Shown here piece by piece: positions 1 to 9,430 of a stretch of DNA of 64,000 bases (position 1 is the stretch's first letter; every line of letters begins with the position of its first letter). This DNA is from a virus. The notes beneath the pieces are model-generated. The model was not told where the DNA came from. It searched no databases and saw only the letters and a program-made list of their open reading frames with translations. The stretch covers positions 18,688 to 82,687 of the IMG/VR virus record IMGVR_UViG_3300015371_000010; one strand, written 5' to 3'. A program made the translations under genes and the position numbers.

Positions 1-99
1 CTGGGTGCTCTCCTGGGTGCCGCGGCCGCCTTCACGGTGGTCGGCGTGCATGTAGTTGAAGTAGCCCTGAACAAGGTTGCCGGCATGGCCGAGAACTAG
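1..99 (+). CDS. 3' end of a small hydrophobic protein (partial)
   Basis: Frame 1 reads LGALLGAAAAFTVVGVHVVEVALNKVAGMAEN* with TAG at 97-99; the start lies outside the window. Confidence 0.5.
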   Translation: MGALLGAAAAFTVVGVHVVEVALNKVAGMAEN

Positions 100-113
100 T
101 CCGCTCGGACCTG

Positions 114-141
114 TTGACGCCTCCTCGAACAGGTGTACGGT
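114..141 (+). promoter_or_regulatory. SigA-like promoter for a leaderless transcript
   Basis: TTGACG (114-119), 16 nt spacer, TACGGT (136-141), then exactly 6 nt to ATG 148. Confidence 0.55.
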
Positions 142-147
142 CGCCAG

Positions 148-489
148 ATGCCCACCGTCTGGGTCACCGCGAACCGGAAGCGTCGAACCCGCTTCCACCG
201 CAGCCCAGACTGCCGGCAGCTGAAGAAGGCGCCTGCTCGTGGCGAGCGCCAGCCGGTCCAGGCCCTGGACCTGAACGACGTGGGCGTCCGCCCGTGCAAG
301 ACCTGCTACCCGGACGCGCCGGCGCTCAAGATCTTCAAGCCCTACTGCCACAAGTGCCGCTCCCCCTACCCCTGCCGGCACAACGGCGGGATCGAGGTCG
401 TGGACCGTCGTGGTCATCGTCGGTACGTGTGGCCGGACACCAACCAGGCACCGTACTACCGAGCGCAGGGGCTTGACTGCGTGTCGTAG
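148..489 (+). CDS. Small Cys/His-rich putative Zn-binding protein
   Basis: FHRSPDC...PCKTC and YCHKC...PCRH motifs; ATG 148 follows the promoter. Confidence 0.7.
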   Translation: MPTVWVTANRKRRTRFHRSPDCRQLKKAPARGERQPVQALDLNDVGVRPCKTCYPDAPALKIFKPYCHKCRSPYPCRHNGGIEVVDRRGHRRYVWPDTNQAPYYRAQGLDCVS

Positions 490-553
490 ATGCGATTGCA
501 TCATTGCATGTAGTGCATAGTGTGAAGGACGAGCACACGAGGGAGCATCCACA

Positions 554-1852
554 ATGCCCGCAGCACCTGCAGAGACCCTGTTGATCTCTGCCCTGCTCAA
601 TGGCCAGTGCGTCGGCACCGAGGTCCAGTACGGCATCACGGTCGGGGACTTCGAGGGGTACGCCGATGAGTTCAATTGGCTCACCAACTACGTGGCCACC
701 TACGGGTGCCAGCCGACCCGGGACATCTTTCGGATCAGGTTCCCCGGCTTCATCTTCTCCGAGCACATAGATGTCCGGTCAGCGGCGGAGATGGTCCATC
801 AGTCCGCCAACCGACGCCGGATCAACACCGCGATTACCGAGGCGATGGACTCGCTCCACCTGGGTGATGCGACCGCCGCGTACGACCGGCTGGTCGCTGC
901 GAAGCCGAAGCGGGCGCTGGCTCCGCCGCGTGCTCTACTCACCGACGCGGGACGACTAGAGGCCTGGGGCGACCGCCGGTTCGCCATCGAGCTGCCCTAC
1001 CCCTCGCTGCAGCGCTGGACCGGCGGGATCCGGGCCGGCAACCTCTGGTACCTGGCGGCACGGCCCCAGCAGGGCAAGAGCGCCCATCTGGCCTCGATCT
1101 GCAAGTACGCCATGCTCCAGGGCCACCGGATCCTGTTCTTCTCCCTGGAGATGAGCGAGGAGGAGGTGGTCGGCCGGTTCCATGCCGCACTGGCCACCGA
1201 GATGGGCTACCCCACGCTGACCCTGACCGCGCTCCGGGACCGGCGGGTGGAGCTGGCCAGCTACCGGAAGTTCATCGGGGAGCTCGCAGAGAAGCTGGCC
1301 GATTGTGGTGGTGGTCTAGACATCCACACGCCGGCGGACGGCAAGGTCTCCCCGAGCACGGTGGCCTCCCGGTGCGGGGAGTACGACCTGACCTGCATCG
1401 ACTACGTGGGGCTGATGGCCTCCGACGCCGGTGGCCGGGCCGTGGACGACTGGCGGGTGATGGCCACCATCTCCAACAGCCTGAAGGAGACTGCGCTGGC
1501 CCAGCCGGATGCCCGGCTGCTGGCCGCGGCCCAGATCAACCGGGAGGGCGACACCGGGAGTGCCCCTCCGAAGCTCAGAAACCTGGCTCAGAGCGACGCA
1601 CTCGGCCAGGACGGGGATGTGGTCGTCACGATGCGTGCGAAGCCGCACAACGTCGCTACCACCTTCTCCCTGGAGAAGAACAGGCATGGGGTCAGTGGGA
1701 CCTCGTTCCACACCACCTTCGACCCGGACCGAGGCGCCTACGCCGAGATCTCCGCTGACCACGCGGAGGACCTGGTGATCAACGCCGAGGAACTGGCCAT
1801 CAACCCCGGCCCGCCTGCTCTGCGGGTCATCAAGAGTGAGGACAAGCCATGA
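554..1852 (+). CDS. dnaB: DnaB-like replicative helicase
   Basis: Walker A-like AARPQQGKS, FFSLEMS, Walker B IDYVGLM, AAAQINRE, LAQSDALGQDGD, LEKNRHG. Confidence 0.92.
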   Translation: MPAAPAETLLISALLNGQCVGTEVQYGITVGDFEGYADEFNWLTNYVATYGCQPTRDIFRIRFPGFIFSEHIDVRSAAEMVHQSANRRRINTAITEAMDSLHLGDATAAYDRLVAAKPKRALAPPRALLTDAGRLEAWGDRRFAIELPYPSLQRWTGGIRAGNLWYLAARPQQGKSAHLASICKYAMLQGHRILFFSLEMSEEEVVGRFHAALATEMGYPTLTLTALRDRRVELASYRKFIGELAEKLADCGGGLDIHTPADGKVSPSTVASRCGEYDLTCIDYVGLMASDAGGRAVDDWRVMATISNSLKETALAQPDARLLAAAQINREGDTGSAPPKLRNLAQSDALGQDGDVVVTMRAKPHNVATTFSLEKNRHGVSGTSFHTTFDPDRGAYAEISADHAEDLVINAEELAINPGPPALRVIKSEDKP

Positions 1853-1995
1853 GTGCAGCAGCCGCCCAGACCATCGAACATGTCTGGCACCGCCCAGAGC
1901 CCCATTACTTCGAGGGGCTGAGGAACACCTGGGTCTGCAACCAGGTGAACTGCGATGGCGAGCACCACCACTACGTGCCATGTGGTCCGCGCTGA
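1849..1995 (+). CDS. 48-aa His/Cys-rich small protein (not in ORF track)
   Basis: ATGA overlap with the dnaB stop; MSAAAAQTIEHVWHRPEPHYFEGLRNTWVCNQVNCDGEHHHYVPCGPR*; fills the gap to the primase start. Confidence 0.55.
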   Translation: MSAAAAQTIEHVWHRPEPHYFEGLRNTWVCNQVNCDGEHHHYVPCGPR

Positions 1996-2816
1996 CCCTG
2001 TCCGAGGCGCTGCGGTACGGGAAGGGGATCGAACGGTCGTTCCTGTGCCCTGAGCACGGGGACAGCCGCCCCAGCGCCTCGGTGAACATCGCCAAGGGGG
2101 TCTGGTACTGCTACACCTGCCATGCCCATGGAGACCTGACCGGCGACGCCAAGCTGGTCGAGCCGGACTACCAGAAGATGAAGCTCTGGCTGGACAACAA
2201 GCTGAGCGAGGGCACGATCTACCCTGAGTCCTGGCTGTCTCGCTATGACGCCGGCCCGGTCCATCCCTACTGGCTGGGTCGTGTGGGGGAGGTGGCGGCT
2301 AGACACTTCCGTCTTGGGGTCGACGTGGGTGCCGAGGCCGTCACCTATCCCCTGCGCGACCCGGCTGGTCAGGTGCTGGGCGTGGTGCGTCGAGCCCTGG
2401 ACTATGACGGCCAGGGCCCCAAGTACCGCTACCCCAAGGGCCTGGACATGGGCAGCCTGCTGTTCAACTACACCCCGGCGGCTCGGAACGCGGTGGTGCT
2501 CTGTGAGGGCGCGCTGGACGCGATCGCGCTGTGGAAGGTGGGCGTGGACGCCTTCGCCATCTACGGCTCTCGACTGTCCATGGCTCAGGTCATGCTGATC
2601 AACAAGATCGATCCCGAGTACGTCTACTGCTGCTACGACATGGACAAGGCCGGCTGGCAGGCCTACAAGGACACCGCGGACGCCTTCCCCGGTCGCCTGG
2701 TGGGCCGGCTCACCTGGCCTCGGGCCTGGGGTGGGGACATCGACGAGATCGGTGAGGCGCGCCGAAAGAAAGTAGTGAATGAGCTTGTATCAACAGGACG
2801 TGCGTGCATAGCATGA
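1980..2816 (+). CDS. dnaG: DNA primase (CHC2-type Zn finger + TOPRIM)
   Basis: CPEHGDSRPS...WYCYTC Zn finger; PKYRYP; VLCEGALDAI and YDMDKAG TOPRIM motifs; start re-called to ATG 1980. Confidence 0.9.
   Translation: MWSALTLSEALRYGKGIERSFLCPEHGDSRPSASVNIAKGVWYCYTCHAHGDLTGDAKLVEPDYQKMKLWLDNKLSEGTIYPESWLSRYDAGPVHPYWLGRVGEVAARHFRLGVDVGAEAVTYPLRDPAGQVLGVVRRALDYDGQGPKYRYPKGLDMGSLLFNYTPAARNAVVLCEGALDAIALWKVGVDAFAIYGSRLSMAQVMLINKIDPEYVYCCYDMDKAGWQAYKDTADAFPGRLVGRLTWPRAWGGDIDEIGEARRKKVVNELVSTGRACIA
2785..2814 (+). promoter_or_regulatory. SigA-like promoter, leaderless
   Basis: TTGTAT, 18 nt spacer, TAGCAT, then 6 nt to ATG 2821. Confidence 0.45.
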
Positions 2817-2820
2817 GCAC

Positions 2821-3204
2821 ATGACCCAGCCAGACCTACTCGTGGCGCAGTACCTGAACGCCAAGACCGAGTACGACAAGGCCAAGGCCCACTACGAGGA
2901 CCTGCAGGCCCAGGTGACCAAGCAGATGGAGGCAGACCACCGGAAGCGCTACAAGTGGAACCAGCAGGGCAAGGTCTGCACGCTCACCTTCGTGCAGCAG
3001 CACCAGACCGACATCGATGAGCCAGGGCTGCGCAAGGCCCTGACCGCCAAGGTCTTCGATCGCTACACCAAGCGGGTGCTGGACCGAAAGGCGATGGAAC
3101 TGGCCATGGACACCGGCGAGGTCGACCCGGTCACGGTCAGCCGGTTCGTGGCCACGCGGCCCAAGAAGCCATTCCTGACCTACACCGAGAAGGAGGCGGA
3201 GTGA
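2821..3204 (+). CDS. Hypothetical protein (N-terminal coiled coil)
   Basis: Strong high-GC codon bias; coupled to the next gene by a GTGA overlap. Confidence 0.75.
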   Translation: MTQPDLLVAQYLNAKTEYDKAKAHYEDLQAQVTKQMEADHRKRYKWNQQGKVCTLTFVQQHQTDIDEPGLRKALTAKVFDRYTKRVLDRKAMELAMDTGEVDPVTVSRFVATRPKKPFLTYTEKEAE

Positions 3205-3500
3205 AGATCGTCGACAGCAAGGAGATCAAGCGGAAGCCGAAGGTCTCTCCGGCCTCTCGGATGATCGAGGCCCTGCCGGCCGACCTGTTCTCGGCGCGCC
3301 AGGTGGCCGATCACTTCGGCGTGAACATCGAGACCATCCGCCGGCTGGCCAGGGCCAAGGACAGCGATGGCAACCCCAAGTTCACCGCGCCGTCCAAGGC
3401 GGCCAAGAACGGAGATCTGGTCGTCTGGGTCTACACCCAGGACGACATCGATGAGCTCGCAGAGTACTTCGGAGAGAAGGCGAGGAAGGTGAGGAAGTAG
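3201..3500 (+). CDS. MerR/excisionase-like HTH DNA-binding protein
   Basis: FSARQVADHFGVNIETIRRLAR helix-turn-helix followed by wing ...WVYTQDDIDEL. Confidence 0.75.
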   Translation: MKIVDSKEIKRKPKVSPASRMIEALPADLFSARQVADHFGVNIETIRRLARAKDSDGNPKFTAPSKAAKNGDLVVWVYTQDDIDELAEYFGEKARKVRK

Positions 3501-3745
3501 TGCCAGATGTGATCAAGAAGGGAATGAAGGCATACGAGTTGTTCGAGGGAGACCAGATCACCGTGGGAATCACCGCAGAGATCTCAGTCGGTCGCGACAA
3601 GTCGTGGTGCAAGTACGAGGCGACAACCAAGCTTCGCAGTGGTGAGAGAGCAGAAGACGCCAGGACACGGGCCATCGGCCACGTCAACGAGAGCGTGATG
3701 GAAGTAGTAGCCACAACAGTTGAGACGCAGAGGAGCTACAAGTGA
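3500..3745 (+). CDS. Hypothetical protein
   Basis: TAGTG overlap upstream and GTGA overlap downstream. Confidence 0.65.
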   Translation: MPDVIKKGMKAYELFEGDQITVGITAEISVGRDKSWCKYEATTKLRSGERAEDARTRAIGHVNESVMEVVATTVETQRSYK

Positions 3746-4542
3746 GGTTCGGCAAGAGCAAGACGGAGGCGGCCGAAGAGCCTGGCCGCGGTGGCGGTGG
3801 GGACTTCATCCGCTACCTCAAGGATGGATCCACGACCTTCCGGATCCTGCAGGAGCAGGACGAGTGGGTCTACTTCTGGGAGCACTTCTCCCCGGCCGGG
3901 TTCTCCTTCCCGTGCCCGCGCAGCGCTGACGACCCGGTGGAGATGTGCCCGGGCTGCTCCAGCGACAACGACAAGATGCGCAAGGCGGGCCGGAAGATCG
4001 CCTTCAACGTGCTGCACAGCGTGAACGGCAACGAGTACATCGACGCCTTCAAGGTGGGCCCGATGGTCGCGGACAAGCTGGAGAACCGGATCAAGCGGTA
4101 CGACACCATCACCGACCGGGACTACACGATCACCAAGTACAAGACCGGCAACGACCGCTGGGACTTCGACGTGGAGGGTGCCACGCCCACCCCGATCGAC
4201 CTGCGCAAGGAGGAGTGGAAGGACATCGAGGCGATGCTCCAGCAGGCCTGGGACGACGCCTGGGGTGACCCGGAGGCGGCTGAGCGCAACAAGGCGGCTG
4301 CTGAGATGCAGACCGCTCGCCCGCGCGCCACGATCGCGCCGGCGCCGAAGCGGGTGGCACCGAAGGAGGTTGCTCCCGAGGAGCCCCCTTTTGAGGAGAA
4401 GTCCTACCGAGAGGAGGACCTGCGGGCCATGGAGCTCCCCAAGTTGGTGGAGACGATCCGGGCCGACATGAAGGTGACCCCGCCGGAGACCCTCAAGACC
4501 AGCGATGAAGTGGTTGACTGGCTGATGGCCCTGCAGGGCTGA
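3742..4542 (+). CDS. Single-stranded DNA-binding protein (gp32-like, Zn-binding) with small C-terminal helical domain
   Basis: GGGDFIRYLKDG..FRIL, EH...C...CPGC Zn motif, RDYTITK; position next to the polymerase. Confidence 0.7.
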   Translation: MRFGKSKTEAAEEPGRGGGGDFIRYLKDGSTTFRILQEQDEWVYFWEHFSPAGFSFPCPRSADDPVEMCPGCSSDNDKMRKAGRKIAFNVLHSVNGNEYIDAFKVGPMVADKLENRIKRYDTITDRDYTITKYKTGNDRWDFDVEGATPTPIDLRKEEWKDIEAMLQQAWDDAWGDPEAAERNKAAAEMQTARPRATIAPAPKRVAPKEVAPEEPPFEEKSYREEDLRAMELPKLVETIRADMKVTPPETLKTSDEVVDWLMALQG

Positions 4543-4545
4543 GAC

Positions 4546-4588
4546 GTGGGTGGGGCCGGCGACTGATCCCCCGGCCGACCCCACTCAC
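4546..4588 (+). terminator. GC-rich imperfect hairpin between ssb and dnaE
   Basis: GTGGGTGGGGCCGG ... CCGGCCGACCCCACTCAC inverted repeat; no clear U-tract. Confidence 0.4.
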
Positions 4589-4619
4589 CATTACCCAACG
4601 ATCTACTAGGACACGGGTT

Positions 4620-7373
4620 ATGAAGATCATCCCTGCGCAGCGGCCCTGGCGTATCGAGCCCACGGTCACCGATGCCAAGTTCTGGCACCTGCACGCGCAC
4701 AGCCGGTACTCCTACAACGACGCGATGAGCCACGTCGAGGCGATGGTCAGGCAGGTCGCCGGCTACGGGCAGCCGGCGCTGGCGATCACCGACCACGGCA
4801 ACATGGCGGCCAGTGTGGAGCTGTACCAGGCCTGCCAGCGCTACGGCATCAAGCCGTTCCCGGGCTCCGAGTTGTACTTCGTGCCCGAGACCGCCCAGTA
4901 CCGGGCGGACCGGGCCACCAAGGACCTGAAGTCGACCATGTACCACCTGGGCGTGGTGGCCTACACCAGCGTCGGCTACGAGAACCTGGTCCGGCTGAGC
5001 ACCAACAGCCACAAGAATCATCACTGGAAGCCGCTTGTCGACTACCAGATGTTGGCCCAGATGGCGGAGGATGGTCACACCGAAGGGCTAGCGGTCACCA
5101 CCGGTTGCTACTACGGGTACCTGGCGCAGACATTGCTGGCTCAGGGCGAGGAGCCGGCGTTGCAGTTCTTGCACACGCTGTCCTCCTGGTTCCCGGACGG
5201 CGTCTACGTCGAGGTGCAGAACCACCACATCACCCACGACGAAGGCAGCACCGATGACCAACTGGCCGATGCGTTGGTCGGACTGGCGGACCAAGCGGGC
5301 CTCCCGGTCGTCCTCACGCAGGACTCGCACTACCTGGCGCCCGAGGACCGCGCGGACCATGACGGGCTCAAGAGGCTGGTTTCTTTCGGACCCGATCCCG
5401 ATGACGCGGTATTCCCAGGAGACGGCTTTCATCTGTGTGATGCCCAGTGGATCGCCCAGCACCACGGTCACCGTCGCCTTGCCCGAGGCATGGAGGGACT
5501 CGCAGATCTCCTCGGCCGGCATCGGCTCGGGATACCTGTACTTGACTCTTATTCGTACGCCGTCCCCGAAGTTGTAGCCGACCCGCAGCGGGCCATGGTG
5601 AGCCGGGCCCAGGCGGCGTTGGAGGGCATGTGGGCGCCCAAGGACCCACCGCCGCGGTACCAGGCCAAGCTGAACGAGGAGATCGAGGTCATCGAGGCCT
5701 CGGGAATGGCCGGCTACCTGATGCTGGTCTGCCAGGTCACCGACTGGCTACGCGGCCAGGACATCATGTTCCAGACCCGAGGCAGTGCGGCCGGCTCCAT
5801 GGTCTGCTGGCTGCTGGGCATCTCGAACGTGGATCCGATCAAGTGGAACCTTCGCTTCGAGCGGTTCCTGAGCAAGGATCGCACCAAGCCCCCGGACGTG
5901 GACTTGGACGTGGCCCACGACCGTCGCGACGAGCTCATCGAGATGCTCAACCTCAGATTCACTGCTCATCAGATCGGGTCGTGGGCCACTTACTCCCTGA
6001 ATGACACCGAGGACGAGTTCGGCGACACCCAGCGAGGGTCTCTGCGTGTCCGGTACTTCACTGCAGCAGGAAAGAAGGACGAGGGGGCCACCTCCTGGGG
6101 TGAGGTTCCTGCAGAGGACAAGGCCATGTTGTCGTCGCTCTCCGATCGCCACCTCTACAAGGGTATGGGCACGAATGCCGCCGGAATAGTACTCACCAGT
6201 ACCCAGGCGGAGTTCGACCGACTCGTGCCGATGGCGCATATGACCCGGCCTGGGGGCAAGACCGGGCTGGTCACCCAGTACTCCAAGGACCAGATCGAGG
6301 CGCTGGGCCTGGTCAAGCTGGATGCCCTCGGGCTGAAGACCATGACGGTGCTGGACCGCACCATGCGGCTGCTGAACCTGGACCTGGCCCGGATCAACGA
6401 CATCACCTACAAGGACCAGCCCACCTACCAGCTGATCCGCTCGGGCAGCACCGAGGGCATCTTTCAGCTGGAGGGCCGCTCCACGATGTGGGGGCTGCGG
6501 GACCTGAAGCCGACCAGCATCAAGGACGTGATCGCGGCCATGGCGCTGTTCCGGCCGGCGACCATGAACACCGGTGCGACCAGGGCGTTCATCGCGCGCA
6601 AGCATCGTCAGCAGGCCCTGCCGCTGCGGCATCAGCTGATCATGGCGGTCACCAAGGACACCAACGGGATCATGCTCTACCAGGAGCAGGTGATCGACCT
6701 GCTGCGTGGGCTGGGCATGGACGCGGACAACCTGACCATCTTCCTCAAGGCGGTCAAGGCCTCGAACAAGGACATCGGCAGCGCTGGTGCGGTGATCGAG
6801 ACCTACCAGGAGTGGATCCGCAACGCCTGTGAGGCCGTGGGCATGAGTCAGCTGGACCAGCAGTACCTCCACGACGCCATCGCCGGCTTCAGCGAGTACG
6901 GCTTCAACCGTGCCCACGCGACGGTGTATGGGATCACTGCGTACCGGATGGCGTACCTCGCTGCACGGCACCCACTGGAGTTCCACACCGCGCTGTTGGG
7001 CGTGGCCAGTGGTGGCGAGGCCAAGAAGGAGGACCGGTACCTGAGAGCAACCCGTCGGAGGCAGATTCGGGTGCTGGCTCCGGACATCAACGTCTCGGGA
7101 GCCACCTACTCCATCGACGCTGCTCGCGGGGCCATCCGCAAAGGGCTGCAAAGCATAGACGGCGTGGGATCGATCTCCGCGGCGCGTCTGGAGGCCTTGC
7201 AACCCTTCACTGATCTTGACGACCTGGTCGCCAAGGCGGCTGAGCATCACATCTCTGGGTTCAAGGAGTATGACGGCACTCTCGATTCCCTTACTGGGAT
7301 CTTAGGCAAGCTCCACGCCTCTGGGTGCCTAACCAGGCTGACCAATGTGAGGAGGATCGATGCACAGATGTGA
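4620..7373 (+). CDS. dnaE: DNA polymerase III alpha-like (family C), compact
   Basis: PHP motifs HLHAHSRYS, ALAITDHG, TQDSHY; RGSAAGS; FERFL; catalytic PDVDLD; KLDALGL; YQEQ; YGFNRAHA; HhH GLQSIDGVG. Confidence 0.95.
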   Translation: MKIIPAQRPWRIEPTVTDAKFWHLHAHSRYSYNDAMSHVEAMVRQVAGYGQPALAITDHGNMAASVELYQACQRYGIKPFPGSELYFVPETAQYRADRATKDLKSTMYHLGVVAYTSVGYENLVRLSTNSHKNHHWKPLVDYQMLAQMAEDGHTEGLAVTTGCYYGYLAQTLLAQGEEPALQFLHTLSSWFPDGVYVEVQNHHITHDEGSTDDQLADALVGLADQAGLPVVLTQDSHYLAPEDRADHDGLKRLVSFGPDPDDAVFPGDGFHLCDAQWIAQHHGHRRLARGMEGLADLLGRHRLGIPVLDSYSYAVPEVVADPQRAMVSRAQAALEGMWAPKDPPPRYQAKLNEEIEVIEASGMAGYLMLVCQVTDWLRGQDIMFQTRGSAAGSMVCWLLGISNVDPIKWNLRFERFLSKDRTKPPDVDLDVAHDRRDELIEMLNLRFTAHQIGSWATYSLNDTEDEFGDTQRGSLRVRYFTAAGKKDEGATSWGEVPAEDKAMLSSLSDRHLYKGMGTNAAGIVLTSTQAEFDRLVPMAHMTRPGGKTGLVTQYSKDQIEALGLVKLDALGLKTMTVLDRTMRLLNLDLARINDITYKDQPTYQLIRSGSTEGIFQLEGRSTMWGLRDLKPTSIKDVIAAMALFRPATMNTGATRAFIARKHRQQALPLRHQLIMAVTKDTNGIMLYQEQVIDLLRGLGMDADNLTIFLKAVKASNKDIGSAGAVIETYQEWIRNACEAVGMSQLDQQYLHDAIAGFSEYGFNRAHATVYGITAYRMAYLAARHPLEFHTALLGVASGGEAKKEDRYLRATRRRQIRVLAPDINVSGATYSIDAARGAIRKGLQSIDGVGSISAARLEALQPFTDLDDLVAKAAEHHISGFKEYDGTLDSLTGILGKLHASGCLTRLTNVRRIDAQM

Positions 7374-7701
7374 GGCGTTGGTGGGGATGACCAACGTGAT
7401 CAGCAACCGGACCATCTACGTGCCGTGCGGTCGGGTGGACGCCGAGCTGCACCACAAGGTGACCAGGGCGCGGGGTGGATTGATCCTGGACCAGTCCGGT
7501 GAGACCTACCACCACATGTACCTGTGCCGGCACCACCACAACGTTGCGCATGACGCACCAGCGTTCGAGAACGGCCTGCTGATCCGGGGCACGGTGATCA
7601 CCGGTGCCGATGGTCGGCCGTTGTACTCCGGGCCCGATGAGTACCTCACCGAGCACTACGGGAGACGAGATGCGATTCGCGGACACGACCAAGCTAGTTG
7701 A
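7360..7701 (+). CDS. HNH endonuclease-like protein
   Basis: CE...C...ELHHKVTRARGG...LCRHHHNVAH. Confidence 0.7.
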   Translation: MHRCEALVGMTNVISNRTIYVPCGRVDAELHHKVTRARGGLILDQSGETYHHMYLCRHHHNVAHDAPAFENGLLIRGTVITGADGRPLYSGPDEYLTEHYGRRDAIRGHDQAS

Positions 7702-8443
7702 CCCCAACCTGGTGGTGAGCCGGCGCCATGAGGACTGGCTGACCAAGTACGACCAGCCGGTGTACTCCCAGCGGGCCCTGGCCTTCGCTCACGAGCAGCT
7801 GTCCAAGCCTGGCCGGGTGCGGATGGGCACGGTGAGCGCGAGCTCGCTGGGGGACTGTCACCGCTACCAGCAGTTCACCTACCTGGGCCTGCCCAAGCTG
7901 CCCAATGACGCCAAGACCGCGCTGAAGTTCCAGAACGGCGCGTTCATGCACCTGCGCTGGCAGATGGCTGGGCTGAGCGAGGGCTGGCTGGTCGAGGCCG
8001 AGGTGCCGGTACGCGATCGAGAGCGTGGCTTGCAGGGCACCATGGATGGTGTGCTCTATGATGAGTCAATACTTGAACTCAAGAGCATCAACGCACACGG
8101 GTTCAGCGGGGTGATGACCTTCGGACCCAAGCACGAACACCTGTTCCAGATGGCCACCTACATGGTCTGCACGAAGCGGACCAAGGGCGTGTTCATCTAC
8201 GAGAACAAGGACACCCAGGAGTACACCGAGATCGTGGTGAACGCCGATGAGGTGCCCTTGGAAGAGGCCATGGTTCAGGCCAGAACCTTATGGCAGGGGA
8301 TTGAAGCCACCAACCTGGCCGAGCCCCTGGAGAAGTGCATCGACAGGACGGGCTGGAAGTACCAGTCCTGCCCGTTCCGTGACCGTTGTCTGGAGCTCTA
8401 CACCTGGGAGGAGGCGCTCCATGCGCGTGATTCCCACGCCTGA
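7670..8443 (+). CDS. Cas4-like PD-(D/E)xK exonuclease
   Basis: SASSLGDCHR, GAFMH, GTMDGVL..ILELKS, QMATYM, C-terminal C..CPFRDRC; start re-called to ATG 7670. Confidence 0.8.
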   Translation: MRFADTTKLVDPNLVVSRRHEDWLTKYDQPVYSQRALAFAHEQLSKPGRVRMGTVSASSLGDCHRYQQFTYLGLPKLPNDAKTALKFQNGAFMHLRWQMAGLSEGWLVEAEVPVRDRERGLQGTMDGVLYDESILELKSINAHGFSGVMTFGPKHEHLFQMATYMVCTKRTKGVFIYENKDTQEYTEIVVNADEVPLEEAMVQARTLWQGIEATNLAEPLEKCIDRTGWKYQSCPFRDRCLELYTWEEALHARDSHA

Positions 8444-8852
8444 CACGCCGGCGGTGATGGCGCCCAAGGCCCAGTTCAGCCGGCGACTGACCGATGTCGA
8501 TGTCCTGGAGGGCCTGCCCAGCGTCGAAGAGCTGCACGACGAGCTGCTGGGTTACGCCAACATCATCCTTGGGCGTGCCGACCCACCAATGGAGATCGAT
8601 GGGTTTTACTTGGATCTGATGGAAGTGGCAGCCGCGTACTACGCGCGGGCCAAGGAGATCGACATGCTGATCCACTGGGAGGAGCAGAACCGGCGGGTGA
8701 TCAGGGGGTCGCCGTACTACAAGTTCCGGACCGGTCAACTGAGGAGCTTCATCGAGATGGCCAAGATGATGGCGGAGCTGGGGAGCAGACGCCTGACTCA
8801 GGAACGGCTGCTCTCGGATCAGCGGTTCGATGCGGGGAACGGTGGTGAGTGA
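8421..8852 (+). CDS. Hypothetical helical protein
   Basis: ATG 8421 after GGAGGAGG; good codon bias. Confidence 0.7.
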   Translation: MRVIPTPDTPAVMAPKAQFSRRLTDVDVLEGLPSVEELHDELLGYANIILGRADPPMEIDGFYLDLMEVAAAYYARAKEIDMLIHWEEQNRRVIRGSPYYKFRTGQLRSFIEMAKMMAELGSRRLTQERLLSDQRFDAGNGGE

Positions 8853-9229
8853 TGAGGATCATCCCGACCCATGGTCCGGACTGGGAGCGTCGGATGGTGG
8901 AAGCCCTGGAGCGGGTGGGCTACGTCTGCCACCCACCGGGTCAGAGCTGTGTGGGTGCGGAGCATGTCTTCGCGGGGAAACAGGACACCAGCTACAGCGC
9001 CAGCGTGTACGTGGCTCCGAGGACGGGCACGCTGCGCCAGATGATCCTGATGGAGCTGCAACTGAACGGGCCCAGTACCGATGTGGAGCTGCAAGAGTCG
9101 CTGAAGCTGCATGGCAACAGCGAACGACCGCGGCGGGTCGAGCTCGTGGAGGGCGGATTCGTTCGTGACTCTGGACTGCGGCGCAAGCATCACGGTAAGG
9201 AACACATCGTGTGGGAGGCGATCAGATGA
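8849..9229 (+). CDS. Winged-HTH domain protein
   Basis: GPSTDVELQESLKLHGNSERPRRVELVEGGFVRDSG...IVW pattern. Confidence 0.65.
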   Translation: MMRIIPTHGPDWERRMVEALERVGYVCHPPGQSCVGAEHVFAGKQDTSYSASVYVAPRTGTLRQMILMELQLNGPSTDVELQESLKLHGNSERPRRVELVEGGFVRDSGLRRKHHGKEHIVWEAIR

Positions 9230-9426
9230 GCACCATGGTTGATGAGATCACCGATGCAGAGTTGCATGCCGCGATGCGAGCGAGAAAGGTCGCGGGAGAG
9301 AGGTACCTGCAGCTCGTCCTCCAGGCCAAGGAGCAAGGCTGGAGCAACTCCCGGATCGCGCGGGCAGTGGGTCTCAGCGAGGCTGCGATCCGGCTGATGC
9401 TGCTCCGACGCGACAAGGCAGCCTGA
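9226..9426 (+). CDS. Small HTH protein
   Basis: AKEQGWSNSRIARAVGLSEAAIR; ATGA overlap. Confidence 0.7.
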   Translation: MSTMVDEITDAELHAAMRARKVAGERYLQLVLQAKEQGWSNSRIARAVGLSEAAIRLMLLRRDKAA

Positions 9427-9430
9427 CCCG

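Noticed and set aside
5254-5577. Possible overprinted gene in a patch of dnaE with weaker codon bias
   Set aside because: The alternative frames have no RBS or motif, and their GC pattern is explained by the dnaE frame.
7670-8443. Cas4-like gene as evidence of a CRISPR-Cas locus
   Set aside because: I saw no repeat-spacer array or other cas genes; solo Cas4-like nucleases are common in phage replication modules.
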